A stretch of DNA of 64,000 nt from positions 256,001 through 320,000 of the forward strand of contig CAWJCS010000002.1 of the NCBI GenBank assembly GCA_963841435.1, in the 5' to 3' direction. Under the pieces are notes generated by a model that made no database searches, had not been told where the DNA came from, and was given only the letters and a program-made list of their open reading frames with translations. Source of the DNA: an uncultured delta proteobacterium (GTDB lineage: Bacteria > Myxococcota_A > Polyangia > Polyangiales > Polyangiaceae). The translations under genes and the position numbers were made by a program. This document shows, in pieces, positions 26,495 to 36,760 of this stretch. Position 1 is the first letter of the stretch. Every line of letters starts with the position of its first letter.

Positions 26495-28384
26495 ATGACT
26501 CACGACGCGTCCCCTTCCAGCCTGCGGCTGCTTCGCCCGATCGACCGCCGTCGCGATCATCTGAGGCCGGTGGGGGGTCATCCCCAGGTTCTCGTCGTCG
26601 GCTACGCAGACTTTCTGTGTCCGTACTGCCGGCGGCTCCGCGAGGTGTTTGCGCGGCTGCGTGAGGTGCTCGGCGAGCGGTATGCGTACGCTTTCCGCCA
26701 CTTTCCGAACGAGCGGGCGCATCCGGGCGCGGAGCTCGTGGCGCGCGCCGCGGAGGCCGCCGCGATGCAGGGGCGCTTCTGGGAGATGCACGACGCGCTG
26801 TTCGACCACGAGCTGCCGATTGCCGAAGCCGAGGTGCTCGAGATCGCGGGTGCGCTAAGGCTCGATCTCGAACGGTTCCGCCGCGACATGGACGGCGACG
26901 CCGCCCGAGAGCGCGTCGCCGACGACCTCGCTGCCGGACGAGAAAACGGCATTACGGGAACTCCGACGCTCTTCATCGATGGGCTCCGCTACGATGGCGC
27001 CTGGGATTTTCATTCGCTGCTCGAGGGGCTGGACCGCCCGGTTGGCGCCCGGTTGCACCGCTCTGCGCGCGTGTTCGCGAGCCTGCCTGCGTCCGGAGGC
27101 ATCGTGCTTTTGATCGCGGCGCTGCTCGCCATCTTCGCGGCCAACACGGGCATCGCGCCGCTCTACGAGCGGATCATGAACACCGACTTCGGCCTCGGAC
27201 CGACCGACATCATGCTGTCGATGACGGTGCGCGAGTGGCTTTCGGAAGGCTTGCTCTCGTTCTTCTTTCTCCTGGTCGGGGTCGAGATCCGGCGCGAAAT
27301 GACGGTCGGCGCGCTTGCGGATCGGCGCGCTGCGATCCTGCCGGTCGTCGCGGCGGTCGGGGGCGTGGTGGCGCCGGCGCTCGTCTACCTCGCGTTCAAT
27401 CGCGGTCCGACGTCGCACGGCTGGTCGGTCCCGACCGCCACCGACATCGCGTTCACGCTGGGGATCCTGGCCGTGCTCGGGACGCGCATCCCCACGGCGC
27501 TGCTCGTGTTCGTGGCGGCGCTCGCGGTCGTCGATGACGTACTGTCGGTGCTGACGCTCGCGATCTTCTACCCGCGCTCGTTCGAGCCCACGTTCCTCGT
27601 GGCCACGGCCGCGGCCGTGCTGGGGCTTTTCGCGCTGAATCGCGCGAGGGTGTACCAGCTGTGGCCGTATGCCGCGGTGGCCGCGGTACTGTGGCTGTCG
27701 CTGCATGCTGCAGGCGTGCACGCAGCGCTGGCCGGCGTGGTGCTTGCGCTTTGCTTGCCGACGCGCGCCCCGCCGAAGGCGGCTCCGCTGCTCGCCCAAG
27801 CCGCGACGGCACTTGCGGCGCTCGAGCACGCTGAGGACGAGGCGAGGCGCGTGGGCGACGAAGGCTTCCGCGCCGAGAGCGAGCCGGTCTGGGACTGGGC
27901 CGCGGAGAATCTATCCGCGGCGAGCGCGCGGCTGCTTTCGCCGACCGACCGCGTCGAGCGCGCCGTTTCCCCGTGGAGCGCGTACTTCATTCTCCCGCTT
28001 TTCGCGTTTTCCGCGACGGGGGTCAGCCTCGCTGTCGATTTTTCTGCCGGCGGTGCGCGTGACATCTTCCTGGGTGTCGTCGTGGCCCTGGTGGTCGGCA
28101 AGCCCGTCGGCGTGCTCGCGGCGTGCGCCATCGCCGTCGCCACGGGCGTGGCCGTCGTGCCACGGGGGCTCACGCGGCGTCACTTCATCGGCGCGGCGTG
28201 CCTCTGCGGCGTGGCGGACACGGTGGCCCTTCTCATCGCTGATCGAGCCTTTTCCGAGCCTGAAAACGCTGCCGTCGCCAAGGTCGCCGTGCTCGTCGGC
28301 TCGACGCTCGCCGGAACGCTCGGGGCGCTCGTCCTCAGGCGACGCATTCCGGAAGTCACGCCCGTCGTCGACGGCAGAAGCTGA
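26495..28384 (+). CDS. nhaA: DsbA/thioredoxin-like domain fused N-terminally to Na+/H+ antiporter NhaA
   Basis: YADFLCPYC, FRHFP, GTPTLFI then FFFLLVGVEIRRE, PTATDIAF, LAVVDD, GVHAALAG, LPLFAF, VGKPVG. Confidence 0.9.
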   Translation: MTHDASPSSLRLLRPIDRRRDHLRPVGGHPQVLVVGYADFLCPYCRRLREVFARLREVLGERYAYAFRHFPNERAHPGAELVARAAEAAAMQGRFWEMHDALFDHELPIAEAEVLEIAGALRLDLERFRRDMDGDAARERVADDLAAGRENGITGTPTLFIDGLRYDGAWDFHSLLEGLDRPVGARLHRSARVFASLPASGGIVLLIAALLAIFAANTGIAPLYERIMNTDFGLGPTDIMLSMTVREWLSEGLLSFFFLLVGVEIRREMTVGALADRRAAILPVVAAVGGVVAPALVYLAFNRGPTSHGWSVPTATDIAFTLGILAVLGTRIPTALLVFVAALAVVDDVLSVLTLAIFYPRSFEPTFLVATAAAVLGLFALNRARVYQLWPYAAVAAVLWLSLHAAGVHAALAGVVLALCLPTRAPPKAAPLLAQAATALAALEHAEDEARRVGDEGFRAESEPVWDWAAENLSAASARLLSPTDRVERAVSPWSAYFILPLFAFSATGVSLAVDFSAGGARDIFLGVVVALVVGKPVGVLAACAIAVATGVAVVPRGLTRRHFIGAACLCGVADTVALLIADRAFSEPENAAVAKVAVLVGSTLAGTLGALVLRRRIPEVTPVVDGRS

Positions 28385-28468
28385 CGAGGACCTCCACGGG
28401 GCGCTCACAAGCGAAGCTCGGGAGCTTCGTTTGCGAAGCAGGGCGGGCAGAACTATCGTTTTCGCCGG

Positions 28469-29059
28469 TTGCGCTACCAGGACTGGGCCGTTCCGTTCGT
28501 CTTCGCAGTGGTCGGGCTCGCGGTGGTGCTTGCGCGCGAGCCCGTGAAGAGGACGCGCGCCTCGGCAGAGTCGGCCCCGCCGCCGCCACCGCCCCCAGCA
28601 ACCATCGAGCAGCCGGAGCCGCTTCCGCCCGAGCCGCCGTTCGGACCCCTGAAGCGGGCGGATTCCGGGCTTCCTTGTGACGTCGACGAGGTGCTCGCCA
28701 AAAAGTGTCGGCGTTGCCATGCCAACCCTCCGCGCCACGGCGCCCCCGTCGTCTTCTACACGTGGGAGGAAATGCAGGCGCCCCGCCACGAGCGGCCGCT
28801 CTACGAGATCCTCGGACGGGTGGTGGACTCGGGATACATGCCTTTCGCTACGCCCGCGAATCCTCCGGTCGAGCGCCTGACAGACGCCGAGAAACGCATC
28901 CTGCACGATTGGGTGGCCGCCGGCGCGCCGCGCGGCTCATGCGATGCTGAAAAAGAGCCCGACGCGGGCAAGCCCTCGAGCGCACGCCCGAAGAAACCGA
29001 AAGCGAAACGCTCGCCCGTCGTCTCCGCGCATCCTGCGCCCTCGGCGAGCTCGCCCTAG
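28469..29059 (+). CDS. Monoheme cytochrome c-like membrane-anchored protein
   Basis: CRRCH, downstream MP and DWVAAGAP typical of myxobacterial small cytochromes. Confidence 0.7.
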   Translation: MRYQDWAVPFVFAVVGLAVVLAREPVKRTRASAESAPPPPPPPATIEQPEPLPPEPPFGPLKRADSGLPCDVDEVLAKKCRRCHANPPRHGAPVVFYTWEEMQAPRHERPLYEILGRVVDSGYMPFATPANPPVERLTDAEKRILHDWVAAGAPRGSCDAEKEPDAGKPSSARPKKPKAKRSPVVSAHPAPSASSP

Positions 29060-29256
29060 CACTACTGTCAGAGTCTTGGAGGAACAGATCACGATCCGGC
29101 AGAGAGAACATGAGCCACGAAAGCAACTGGCGAGGCCAGCGGGCGGCCGTCTTCGAGCAGGAAATGGACGCAAGACGTGGGCGCCGCCGTCCGAAAAGTT
29201 CGCCGCTCGCCAATCTGCGAATTTCTCGAAGGAAACGCGAATCTCTGACAGTAGTG
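29060..29256. mobile_element. 197-bp MITE / non-autonomous IS remnant (IS701-like ends)
   Basis: Perfect 14-bp terminal inverted repeats CACTACTGTCAGAG (29060-29073) / CTCTGACAGTAGTG (29243-29256), flanked by CTAG on both sides (29056-29059, 29257-29260). Confidence 0.8.
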
Positions 29257-29394
29257 CTAGAGCGCATCCCGAGACAACCTGCGCCACCGTCGGAATTGTC
29301 CACCGAGGCGCGCGAAGATGCTCGTCTGACTTTTTGTCGCGGGGAGTCGTACCTAGGAGGGGGTGGCGCTGCAGGCGCTTTCCGCCGCGACCAA

Positions 29395-30504
29395 TCAGAC
29401 GGTCGCCGGCTGCAGAGGGCGCGGCAGATCGCGAGACGCGGTCCCGCCGGGGGCGCCGGGCGGCGGAGGCGGCAACGTGCGCGGGCGCTCGCCGAGGGTC
29501 GGCACACACTCGCCTGTGTGCGGGTCGATCAGCGTGGTCTCGTCGCGATAGACGCGGGGCGTGCGGTAAAGCTCGGCGAGAGCGCGCCAGAGCGGCATCG
29601 ATTGATAGCGCTCGGGCCAGCGGGCGACGATGAGTGACCTGACCTCCGGCGCGTGCCGTGAGCTCATCCACGGGAACAGATGGTGCTCGACGTGGAAACC
29701 GAAGCCGAGCGTCAGCCATCCGAACCAGCGAGGCACCGTGACAGTCAGCGAGTTTTCGAGCGGGTCGTTCACGAGGGTCAGCGGCGAGAGCGAGTGGTTG
29801 GTCAAGATGTGCGCCATGACCATGACGTTGGCGACGATCACCGGGAGCACCGCAGCGAACAGGAAGTGCAGCGGCCCCAGAGCCACGAAGAGCGAAAGCC
29901 AGACCCCGAGTCCGAGGCCCGTTTCGAGCAGCGCGAGCCGATGCTGGCGCGCGGAGAGATAGCCACGGCGGCGGGCGACCAGCAGCATGTGCAGGCTCTG
30001 GACGGAGAAGCCGACGAACAGCGCCGTGAGCCCGCGCAGCCGGCGGCGCCCGATGGCAAACCAATCGGTGGCCAGGCGAGTCTGGAAGTTTGCCTGGTAT
30101 TCGGCCAGCGTCGGGTACGCGTCGGGATCGATGCGGGGGTGCTGAGCGTTACCGTGATGCACGCGGTTGTGCCACGCGACCCAGAGCCGCGGTGAGATCA
30201 CGAAGGGCAGGAATGCCACCCAGCCGACGGCGTGGCGCGCGCGCTTCTCCCGCACGACTGCCGCGTGCAGCGTCTCGTGTCCGAGAAAGACCAGCCCGGC
30301 GAGCGAAACACCGATGATCAGCGAAAACAGCGGGTAAAAGAGCGGGCTCGGCCAAGCGGCCGCGATGGCCAGCATGCCGGCGGCGATGACCGCGAGATGC
30401 GCGGGCAGGAAGAGCACCCGCGAGCGTGCGGGCTCGAGGGCCTGCCGAGGCAGAAGTGGCTTGAGCTCGCCCGCGTAGGCCGAGATCGGGATCGGTGTCT
30501 TCAC
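29395..30504 (-). CDS. Membrane fatty-acid desaturase
   Basis: His boxes HETLH, HNRVHH, HVEHHLFP. Confidence 0.9.
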   Translation of the reverse strand: MKTPIPISAYAGELKPLLPRQALEPARSRVLFLPAHLAVIAAGMLAIAAAWPSPLFYPLFSLIIGVSLAGLVFLGHETLHAAVVREKRARHAVGWVAFLPFVISPRLWVAWHNRVHHGNAQHPRIDPDAYPTLAEYQANFQTRLATDWFAIGRRRLRGLTALFVGFSVQSLHMLLVARRRGYLSARQHRLALLETGLGLGVWLSLFVALGPLHFLFAAVLPVIVANVMVMAHILTNHSLSPLTLVNDPLENSLTVTVPRWFGWLTLGFGFHVEHHLFPWMSSRHAPEVRSLIVARWPERYQSMPLWRALAELYRTPRVYRDETTLIDPHTGECVPTLGERPRTLPPPPPGAPGGTASRDLPRPLQPATV

Positions 30505-30645
30505 CCTTTGGAATTTGTACGCGCAACCCGCCAGGTGCCATCACGATACGGTCAGGGTTTCGTCGAGATCGTCAGGGCCGTGTCTCTTCCCGCGGATCCA
30601 CGCCGCGAATCCACCGAACGGCGAGCGTGTCGAGCGCCAACACGT

Positions 30646-30790
30646 CTACCCGGGCCTCGAGTCCGGCAGGCGGCGAGACAGCGGCGACTCCACGGAAAGC
30701 GCGCTGCGAAACTGATCCAGGCGCTCGTCGCGACCCATCACCACGAGACTGTCGCCCGAGCACAGCGGCACCGCGGGCCTCGGGTCGAGC
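30646..30790 (-). pseudogene. Possible TrkA-C (RCK C-terminal) domain remnant
   Basis: LDPRPAVPLCSGDSLVVMGRDERLDQFR resembles the PxPxxxLxxGDxLVVxG pattern; no start codon. Confidence 0.35.
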
Positions 30791-31333
30791 CCTAAAGCGC
30801 GATGGCGCGTTCGAGGCCGTCGCCCTTCGCGCTCGGCTCAGCGGCATCGCGGCGGCGATCGCCATGCTGCCCGAGCGATCGGTGGATCGCGGCGGGCATG
30901 GTCACGCCGACACCACGCCGGGCGGCGGCGCCAAATTCTAGGGCCATGAGAGCGAGGGCAGCGGCGCGGGCGAAAGCCCCGGCGAAACAGCCGGTGTCCC
31001 GCCACGGAGCGGCGGTCAACGCGTGAGCGGCGGCCGCGCAATTCCTCACGGAATTGCAGACTCAGAACGCTAGCGAAACGGCGGCGATCAGCGCGAGTGT
31101 GGCGTGGATGCACGCTGCGAGGGCGAGAGCCGATGGGCGCGAGCGGATTGCGACGAGGTTTCGGTCTCACGCGACGGGTCGGCGCTTGAAGCGACGGACA
31201 ATTCCGTGATATCGCTTGAGCTCAAACTATTTGGGAAGGGCGCCGGTTCTTTCGGCGCATCGAGAAAGGAGCGTCCGTTGCAACATCGCCTAGCACTCAC
31301 TCACCGGCCGCTCCCTTGGCGCCGGAGCACGCC

Positions 31334-33364
31334 ATGATCCCGGCCTCGGAGGCCGCCGCTCGTGGTGCGGGGACCGCAGCCGAAGCAGGATCGTCACGGA
31401 CCGTCATCGAAAGCGTGCGTCCCGAGGTCGACGCCGGTCGTTTCCCCATCAAGCGGGTCGTGGGCGACACCGTCGTGGTCGAGGCCGACATCTTCTGCGA
31501 TGGGCACGACGTGGTGGTGGGCGAGCTGTTGCACCGCGAGGCGGGGGTTGCAAACTGGTCGGTCGTGCCGATGGCTCCGCTCGGCAACGACCGCTGGAGC
31601 GCCGAGTTCGTCGTCAGCACGCTCGGCGGGCACCGTTACACCGTGCGCGCCTTCACGGATCGCTTCCTGAGCTTTCGCCGCGACTTCGCCAAGCGAGTGA
31701 GCGCCGGCCAGGATGTCGCCGTCGAGATCCTCGTGGGCGCAACGCTCGTTGCCGAGGCAGCGGCGCGGGCCCAGGGTCCGGACGCCACGCTGCTCTGCAA
31801 CATCGCCGAGCGCCTGGCGTCCCGGGAGCCGCTCGAGGCGCGCAGCGCGCTCGTCGTGGACGAGATGCTCGCGGCCGCGATGGCGCGCAACCCCAATCGA
31901 AGCCACGCGGCGCGCTTCGAGCGCGAGCTCGGTGTCTGGGTGGACCGGGTGCGAGCACGCTTCAGCGCGTGGTACGAGATGTTTCCGCGCTCGACGGCGG
32001 CGGAACCCGGGCGCCACGGCACGTTTCGCGACGCGGAGGCACGGCTTGCCTACGTCGCGGGCATGGGCTTCGACGTGCTTTACCTGCCGCCAATCCACCC
32101 CATCGGCCGCGTCAAGCGCAAGGGCAAAAACAACGCCGTGGAAGCTGCGCCGGACAACGTCGGTAGCCCTTGGGCGATCGGATCGGCCGAAGGCGGGCAC
32201 AAAGCCATTCACCCCGAGCTCGGAACGCTCGACGATTTTCGTCGTTTCGTGAAGCGTGCGAACGAGCTCGGCGTCGAGGTCGCCCTCGACATCGCCTTGC
32301 AGTGCGCGCCCGACCACCCCTACGTGAAGCAGCACCCCGAGTGGTTCCGCGTTCGCCCCGATGGGACCGTTCAGTACGCGGAGAACCCGCCCAAAAAATA
32401 CGAGGACATCTTCCCGTTCGAGTTCGAAAACCCGGATTTTCGGGCGATGTGGCAGGAGCTGAAGAGCATCTTTTCCTTCTGGATCGAGCAGGGCATCAAG
32501 ATCTTCCGGGTCAACAACCCGCACACCAAGCCCTTCGCTTTCTGGGAGTGGACCATCGCCGAGATCCGCAAGGAGCACCCCGACGTTCTGTTCCTATCGG
32601 AGGCCTTCACGCGACCCAGAGTCATGCACCGGCTCGCCAAGCTCGGTTACACCCAGTCGTATACTTACTTTACCTGGCGGAATACGAAGTGGGAGCTCGA
32701 GCAGTACCTCACCGAGCTCACGCAGACCGGCGTTCGAGAGTTTTTGCGACCGAACTTCTGGCCCAACACGCCCGACATCCTACCCGAGCCGCTGCAGTAC
32801 GGCGGCCGTCCGACCTTCATGGCGCGCGTGGCGCTCGCGGCTACGTTGAGCTCGAGCTACGGCGTCTACGGCCCCGCCTACGAGCTGGGTGAGGCCCGGG
32901 CGCTGCGCCAGGGTGGCGAAGAATACCTCGACTCCGAAAAGTACGAGATCGGGCACTGGGATCTCGCTCGCGCGGACAGCCTGGGCCCCTTCCTCACGCT
33001 GCTGAACCGCATCCGTCGTGACAATCCTGCGCTGCACGAAAACGGCAGCCTTGTCTTTCACGCCGTTGACAACGAGCAGCTCATCGCCTACAGCAAAGCG
33101 ACCAAGGATCTCACGAACATCGTGCTGATGGTCGTGAACCTGGATCCGCACCACGTGCAGTCGGGCTTCGTCGAGTTCTCGGGCGACGCCTTCGGCCTCA
33201 GCAAAGACGAGCCGTTCCAGGTGCACGACCTTTTGACGGACGCCCGCTACCTGTGGCACGGCTCGAAGAACTTCGTTATGCTCGACCCGAAGTCCGTTCC
33301 GGTCCACGTCTTGCGGCTCCGCCACAAGGTGCGCACCGAGCAGGACTTCGATTATTACCTGTAG
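31334..33364 (+). CDS. glgE: Alpha-1,4-glucan:maltose-1-phosphate maltosyltransferase GlgE (GH13_3)
   Basis: WYEMFPRS, YLPPIHPIG, GSPWAIG, YAENPPKKYEDI, FRV(N)NPHTKP, FLSEAFTRP, NTPDIL. Confidence 0.95.
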   Translation: MIPASEAAARGAGTAAEAGSSRTVIESVRPEVDAGRFPIKRVVGDTVVVEADIFCDGHDVVVGELLHREAGVANWSVVPMAPLGNDRWSAEFVVSTLGGHRYTVRAFTDRFLSFRRDFAKRVSAGQDVAVEILVGATLVAEAAARAQGPDATLLCNIAERLASREPLEARSALVVDEMLAAAMARNPNRSHAARFERELGVWVDRVRARFSAWYEMFPRSTAAEPGRHGTFRDAEARLAYVAGMGFDVLYLPPIHPIGRVKRKGKNNAVEAAPDNVGSPWAIGSAEGGHKAIHPELGTLDDFRRFVKRANELGVEVALDIALQCAPDHPYVKQHPEWFRVRPDGTVQYAENPPKKYEDIFPFEFENPDFRAMWQELKSIFSFWIEQGIKIFRVNNPHTKPFAFWEWTIAEIRKEHPDVLFLSEAFTRPRVMHRLAKLGYTQSYTYFTWRNTKWELEQYLTELTQTGVREFLRPNFWPNTPDILPEPLQYGGRPTFMARVALAATLSSSYGVYGPAYELGEARALRQGGEEYLDSEKYEIGHWDLARADSLGPFLTLLNRIRRDNPALHENGSLVFHAVDNEQLIAYSKATKDLTNIVLMVVNLDPHHVQSGFVEFSGDAFGLSKDEPFQVHDLLTDARYLWHGSKNFVMLDPKSVPVHVLRLRHKVRTEQDFDYYL

Positions 33365-33376
33365 AGGGGAAGAACC

Positions 33377-36300
33377 GTGGCAAGCACACGTCGCAAAAGT
33401 CCATCCCGCGCGCGCAAGGCGCAAAATGGAACCGCGCTCGACCGCGACCCGCTCTGGTACAAGGACGCGGTCATCTATCAGACCCACGTCAAAGCCTTCC
33501 AGGACAGCAACGGGGACGGCATCGGTGACTTCCAGGGGCTCGCGGAAAGGCTCGACCACGTGCGCGACCTCGGCGCCACTGCCGTGTGGATCCTGCCGTT
33601 TTACCCCTCACCCCTCAAGGACGACGGGTACGACATCGCCGACTACACGAGTGTCCACCCCTCCTACGGGACGCTCGCCGACTTCAAGCTGTTCTTGCGC
33701 GAAGCGCACGAGCGGGGGCTTCGCGTGATCACGGAGCTCGTGATCAACCACACCTCCGATCAGCACCCCTGGTTTCAGCGGGCGCGGCGCGCGCCCAAGG
33801 GGACCCCGCATCGGGATTTTTACGTGTGGAGCGACAGCCCCGACAAGTACAAGGACGCACGCATCATCTTCAAGGATTTCGAGACCTCAAACTGGACCTG
33901 GGATCCGTTGGCTCAGGCCTACTACTGGCACCGCTTTTACTCGCATCAGCCGGACCTGAATTTCGACAACCCCGCGCTCATGAAGGCGATCACGAAGGTG
34001 ATGGACTTCTGGCTCGAGATGGGAGTCAACGGCATGCGGCTCGATGCGGTGCCGTACCTCTTCGAGCGCGAGGGGACGAGCTGCGAGAACCTCGTGGAGA
34101 CGCACGCGGCGCTCAAAAAGCTGCGCCGCCACGTCAACGCGGCCTACGGCGATCGGATGCTGCTCGCCGAAGCCAACCAGTGGCCCGAGGACGCGGTTGC
34201 CTACTTCGGCGAAGGCAAGGGCGACGAGTGCCACATGGCCTTCCACTTCCCGCTGATGCCGCGCATGTTCATGGCGCTGCGCATGGAGGATCGCTATCCG
34301 ATCATCGACATCCTCTCGCAGACCCCGGGCATCCCGGAGACGTCGCAGTGGGCGATTTTCCTTCGCAACCACGATGAGCTCACGCTCGAGATGGTGACCG
34401 ACGAAGAGCGCGACTACATGTATCGCGTCTACGCCAACGACCCGCGCGCGCGCATCAACCTGGGCATTCGTCGCCGTCTCGCGCCGTTGCTCGGCAACGA
34501 CCGGCGCCGCACGGAGCTGATGAATGGCCTTCTGTTCTCGCTCCCGGGAACGCCGGTCATCTACTACGGCGACGAGATCGGGATGGGAGACAACATCTAT
34601 CTCGGCGATCGGAACGGCGTGCGCACGCCGATGCAGTGGAGCGCGGATCGCAACGCCGGCTTTTCGCGCGGCAATCCCCAGCGGCTCTACTTGCCCCCGA
34701 TCATCGACCCCGAGTTTTCCTACGAGGCGCTCAACGTCGAAGCGCAGCAGGCGAACACGCACTCCCTGCTCTGGTGGATGCGACGCCTGATCGCTCTGCG
34801 CCGGAACTTCAAGGCCTTCGGTCGCGGCAGCTTGGAGTTCTTGAGCCCCTCGAATCGCAAGGTGCTCGCCTTCGTCCGCCGCTACGAGGACGAGGTCATC
34901 CTGGTCGTCGCGAATCTTTCCCGCTTCTGCCAGTTCGTCGAGCTCGATCTCTCGGCCTTCCAGGGTACGAGCCCGGTCGAGCTCTTCGGTCAGACGCAGT
35001 TTCCGGCGGTCCGTGATTGGCCGTACCTGATGACGCTCAACCCGCACGCCTTCTACTGGTTTTCGCTCAAGCCGACGCCCACCGCCCCCGAAGTGGCGCC
35101 GGAGGCTCAAGAGCGTCGCCTGCCGAGCCTGAGCGTCACAGGTGGGCTCGAGGCGCTTTTCGAGGGTCGCGCCCGTGCGGCGCTCGAGCGAGTGCTTCCC
35201 GCCTACCTGAAGAGCCGGCGGTGGTTCGGGGGCAAGGCTCGCCGCATCAAGTCCGTAGAGCTCGTGGACGCCGTGTGCGTCCCGACGGACGACGGCGACG
35301 GCTACGTGCTGCTCGTCGTGGTCAACTACGTCGAGGCCGACGCCGAGACCTACGTCCTGCCCGTCAGCTGGGCCAGCGGGGACCGCGCGCGCGAGGTCGA
35401 GGCAGGCTCGCCAGCGCTGATCGCGCGCTTGACCATCGACGCCGAGGAAGGCGTCCTGTACGGGGCGCTCGGCAACGAAGCTTTCGGTCAAACGCTGCTC
35501 GAAGCGGTGGCGCGGCGCCGGCACTTCAAGGGGAGCGCCGGTGATCTCGTCGGGACCCAGACGCGAGCCTTCCGCACCGTGCGAGGTCCCGACGAGGAGG
35601 CGCTCACGTGCAAGGTCATGCGCGGCGAGCAGAGCAACACGTCCATCCGCTTCGGCGAGCGCCTGATTCTGAAGCTCTTTCGCAAGAGCGAGCCGGGCAC
35701 CAACCCCGATCTCGAGATCGGGGCATATCTTACCGACAAGGCGCACTTCGCGCACATCCCGCCGGTCGCTGGTGCTCTCGAGTACCGGCCGCACGACGGT
35801 CGCGAAGCGATGACTCTCGCCATCCTGCAAGGCTTCGTGCCGAATGACGGCGACGCGTGGCGCTACACGCTCGACGGCGTCGCTCGCTACTTCGAGCGAG
35901 TGCTCGCACGCCTGCCGGAGAAGCGCCAAGCTCCACCGAGCCCGCTCTTCGAGGCTGCGGAAGGCGATGCGGGCCCCAACGTCAGGGAAATGCTCGGCAC
36001 CTACCTCGAGGTGTCCCGCTTACTCGGGCAACGAACGGCCGAGATGCACCTGGCCCTCACCGCGGACGTCGAGGACCAAGCGTTCGCTCCCGAGCCCTTT
36101 ACCCCATTTTATCAGCGCTCCCTCTACCAGTCGATGCGAAACCTGACCGAGGAGGTGTTCGAGCTTCTCAAGCGCCGAATCAAGGAGCTCCCGGAGGACG
36201 TACGGCCCGAGGCCGAGCGCGTCGCCGCGCTCCAGCCCGCGTTGCTCAAGCGGTTTCGCAGCCTGCTCGAGCGCAAGATCTCGGCCAAGCGGTCGCGCCA

Positions 36301-36760
36301 CCACGGCGACTACCACCTGGGACAGGTGCTGTGGACCGGTCGCGACCTCGTGATCATCGATTTCGAAGGCGAGCCGGCGCGGCCGCTCTCGACGCGCCGC
36401 CTCAAGCGTTCGGTGTTGCGTGACGTCGCGGGCATGATTCGCTCGTTCCACTACGCGGCATTTCAGGGTCTGGAGAATCAAGCAGCCCGGGGAGCCGTCT
36501 CGTTGCAAGACCGCGCAGCGCTCGAGTCCTGGGCACAATACTGGTACTCATGGGCAGCGTCCGCCTTTCTACGCTCGTACTTGCATACCGCGGAAGGCAA
36601 CGCGTTCTTGCCCAAGGGCAAGCAGGAGCTGCGCGAGCTTCTGACTGTTTATCTGCTGGAGAAGGCCGTCTACGAGCTCGGCTACGAGCTCAACAACCGC
36701 CCCGCTTGGGTCAAACTGCCGCTCGCCGGCATCACTCAGCTCATGGAGGTGAGCACGTGA
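33377..36760 (+). CDS. treS: Trehalose synthase-maltokinase (TreS-Pep2/Mak) fusion
   Basis: [46 protein letters not shown]-terminal [27 protein letters not shown]. Confidence 0.95.
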   Translation: MASTRRKSPSRARKAQNGTALDRDPLWYKDAVIYQTHVKAFQDSNGDGIGDFQGLAERLDHVRDLGATAVWILPFYPSPLKDDGYDIADYTSVHPSYGTLADFKLFLREAHERGLRVITELVINHTSDQHPWFQRARRAPKGTPHRDFYVWSDSPDKYKDARIIFKDFETSNWTWDPLAQAYYWHRFYSHQPDLNFDNPALMKAITKVMDFWLEMGVNGMRLDAVPYLFEREGTSCENLVETHAALKKLRRHVNAAYGDRMLLAEANQWPEDAVAYFGEGKGDECHMAFHFPLMPRMFMALRMEDRYPIIDILSQTPGIPETSQWAIFLRNHDELTLEMVTDEERDYMYRVYANDPRARINLGIRRRLAPLLGNDRRRTELMNGLLFSLPGTPVIYYGDEIGMGDNIYLGDRNGVRTPMQWSADRNAGFSRGNPQRLYLPPIIDPEFSYEALNVEAQQANTHSLLWWMRRLIALRRNFKAFGRGSLEFLSPSNRKVLAFVRRYEDEVILVVANLSRFCQFVELDLSAFQGTSPVELFGQTQFPAVRDWPYLMTLNPHAFYWFSLKPTPTAPEVAPEAQERRLPSLSVTGGLEALFEGRARAALERVLPAYLKSRRWFGGKARRIKSVELVDAVCVPTDDGDGYVLLVVVNYVEADAETYVLPVSWASGDRAREVEAGSPALIARLTIDAEEGVLYGALGNEAFGQTLLEAVARRRHFKGSAGDLVGTQTRAFRTVRGPDEEALTCKVMRGEQSNTSIRFGERLILKLFRKSEPGTNPDLEIGAYLTDKAHFAHIPPVAGALEYRPHDGREAMTLAILQGFVPNDGDAWRYTLDGVARYFERVLARLPEKRQAPPSPLFEAAEGDAGPNVREMLGTYLEVSRLLGQRTAEMHLALTADVEDQAFAPEPFTPFYQRSLYQSMRNLTEEVFELLKRRIKELPEDVRPEAERVAALQPALLKRFRSLLERKISAKRSRHHGDYHLGQVLWTGRDLVIIDFEGEPARPLSTRRLKRSVLRDVAGMIRSFHYAAFQGLENQAARGAVSLQDRAALESWAQYWYSWAASAFLRSYLHTAEGNAFLPKGKQELRELLTVYLLEKAVYELGYELNNRPAWVKLPLAGITQLMEVST

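Noticed and set aside
29110-29637. ORF starting inside the MITE as a transposase
   Set aside because: No DDE or HTH motif; runs out of the element into the antisense of the desaturase.
33887-35929. 680-aa minus-strand ORF
   Set aside because: Antisense shadow of treS.
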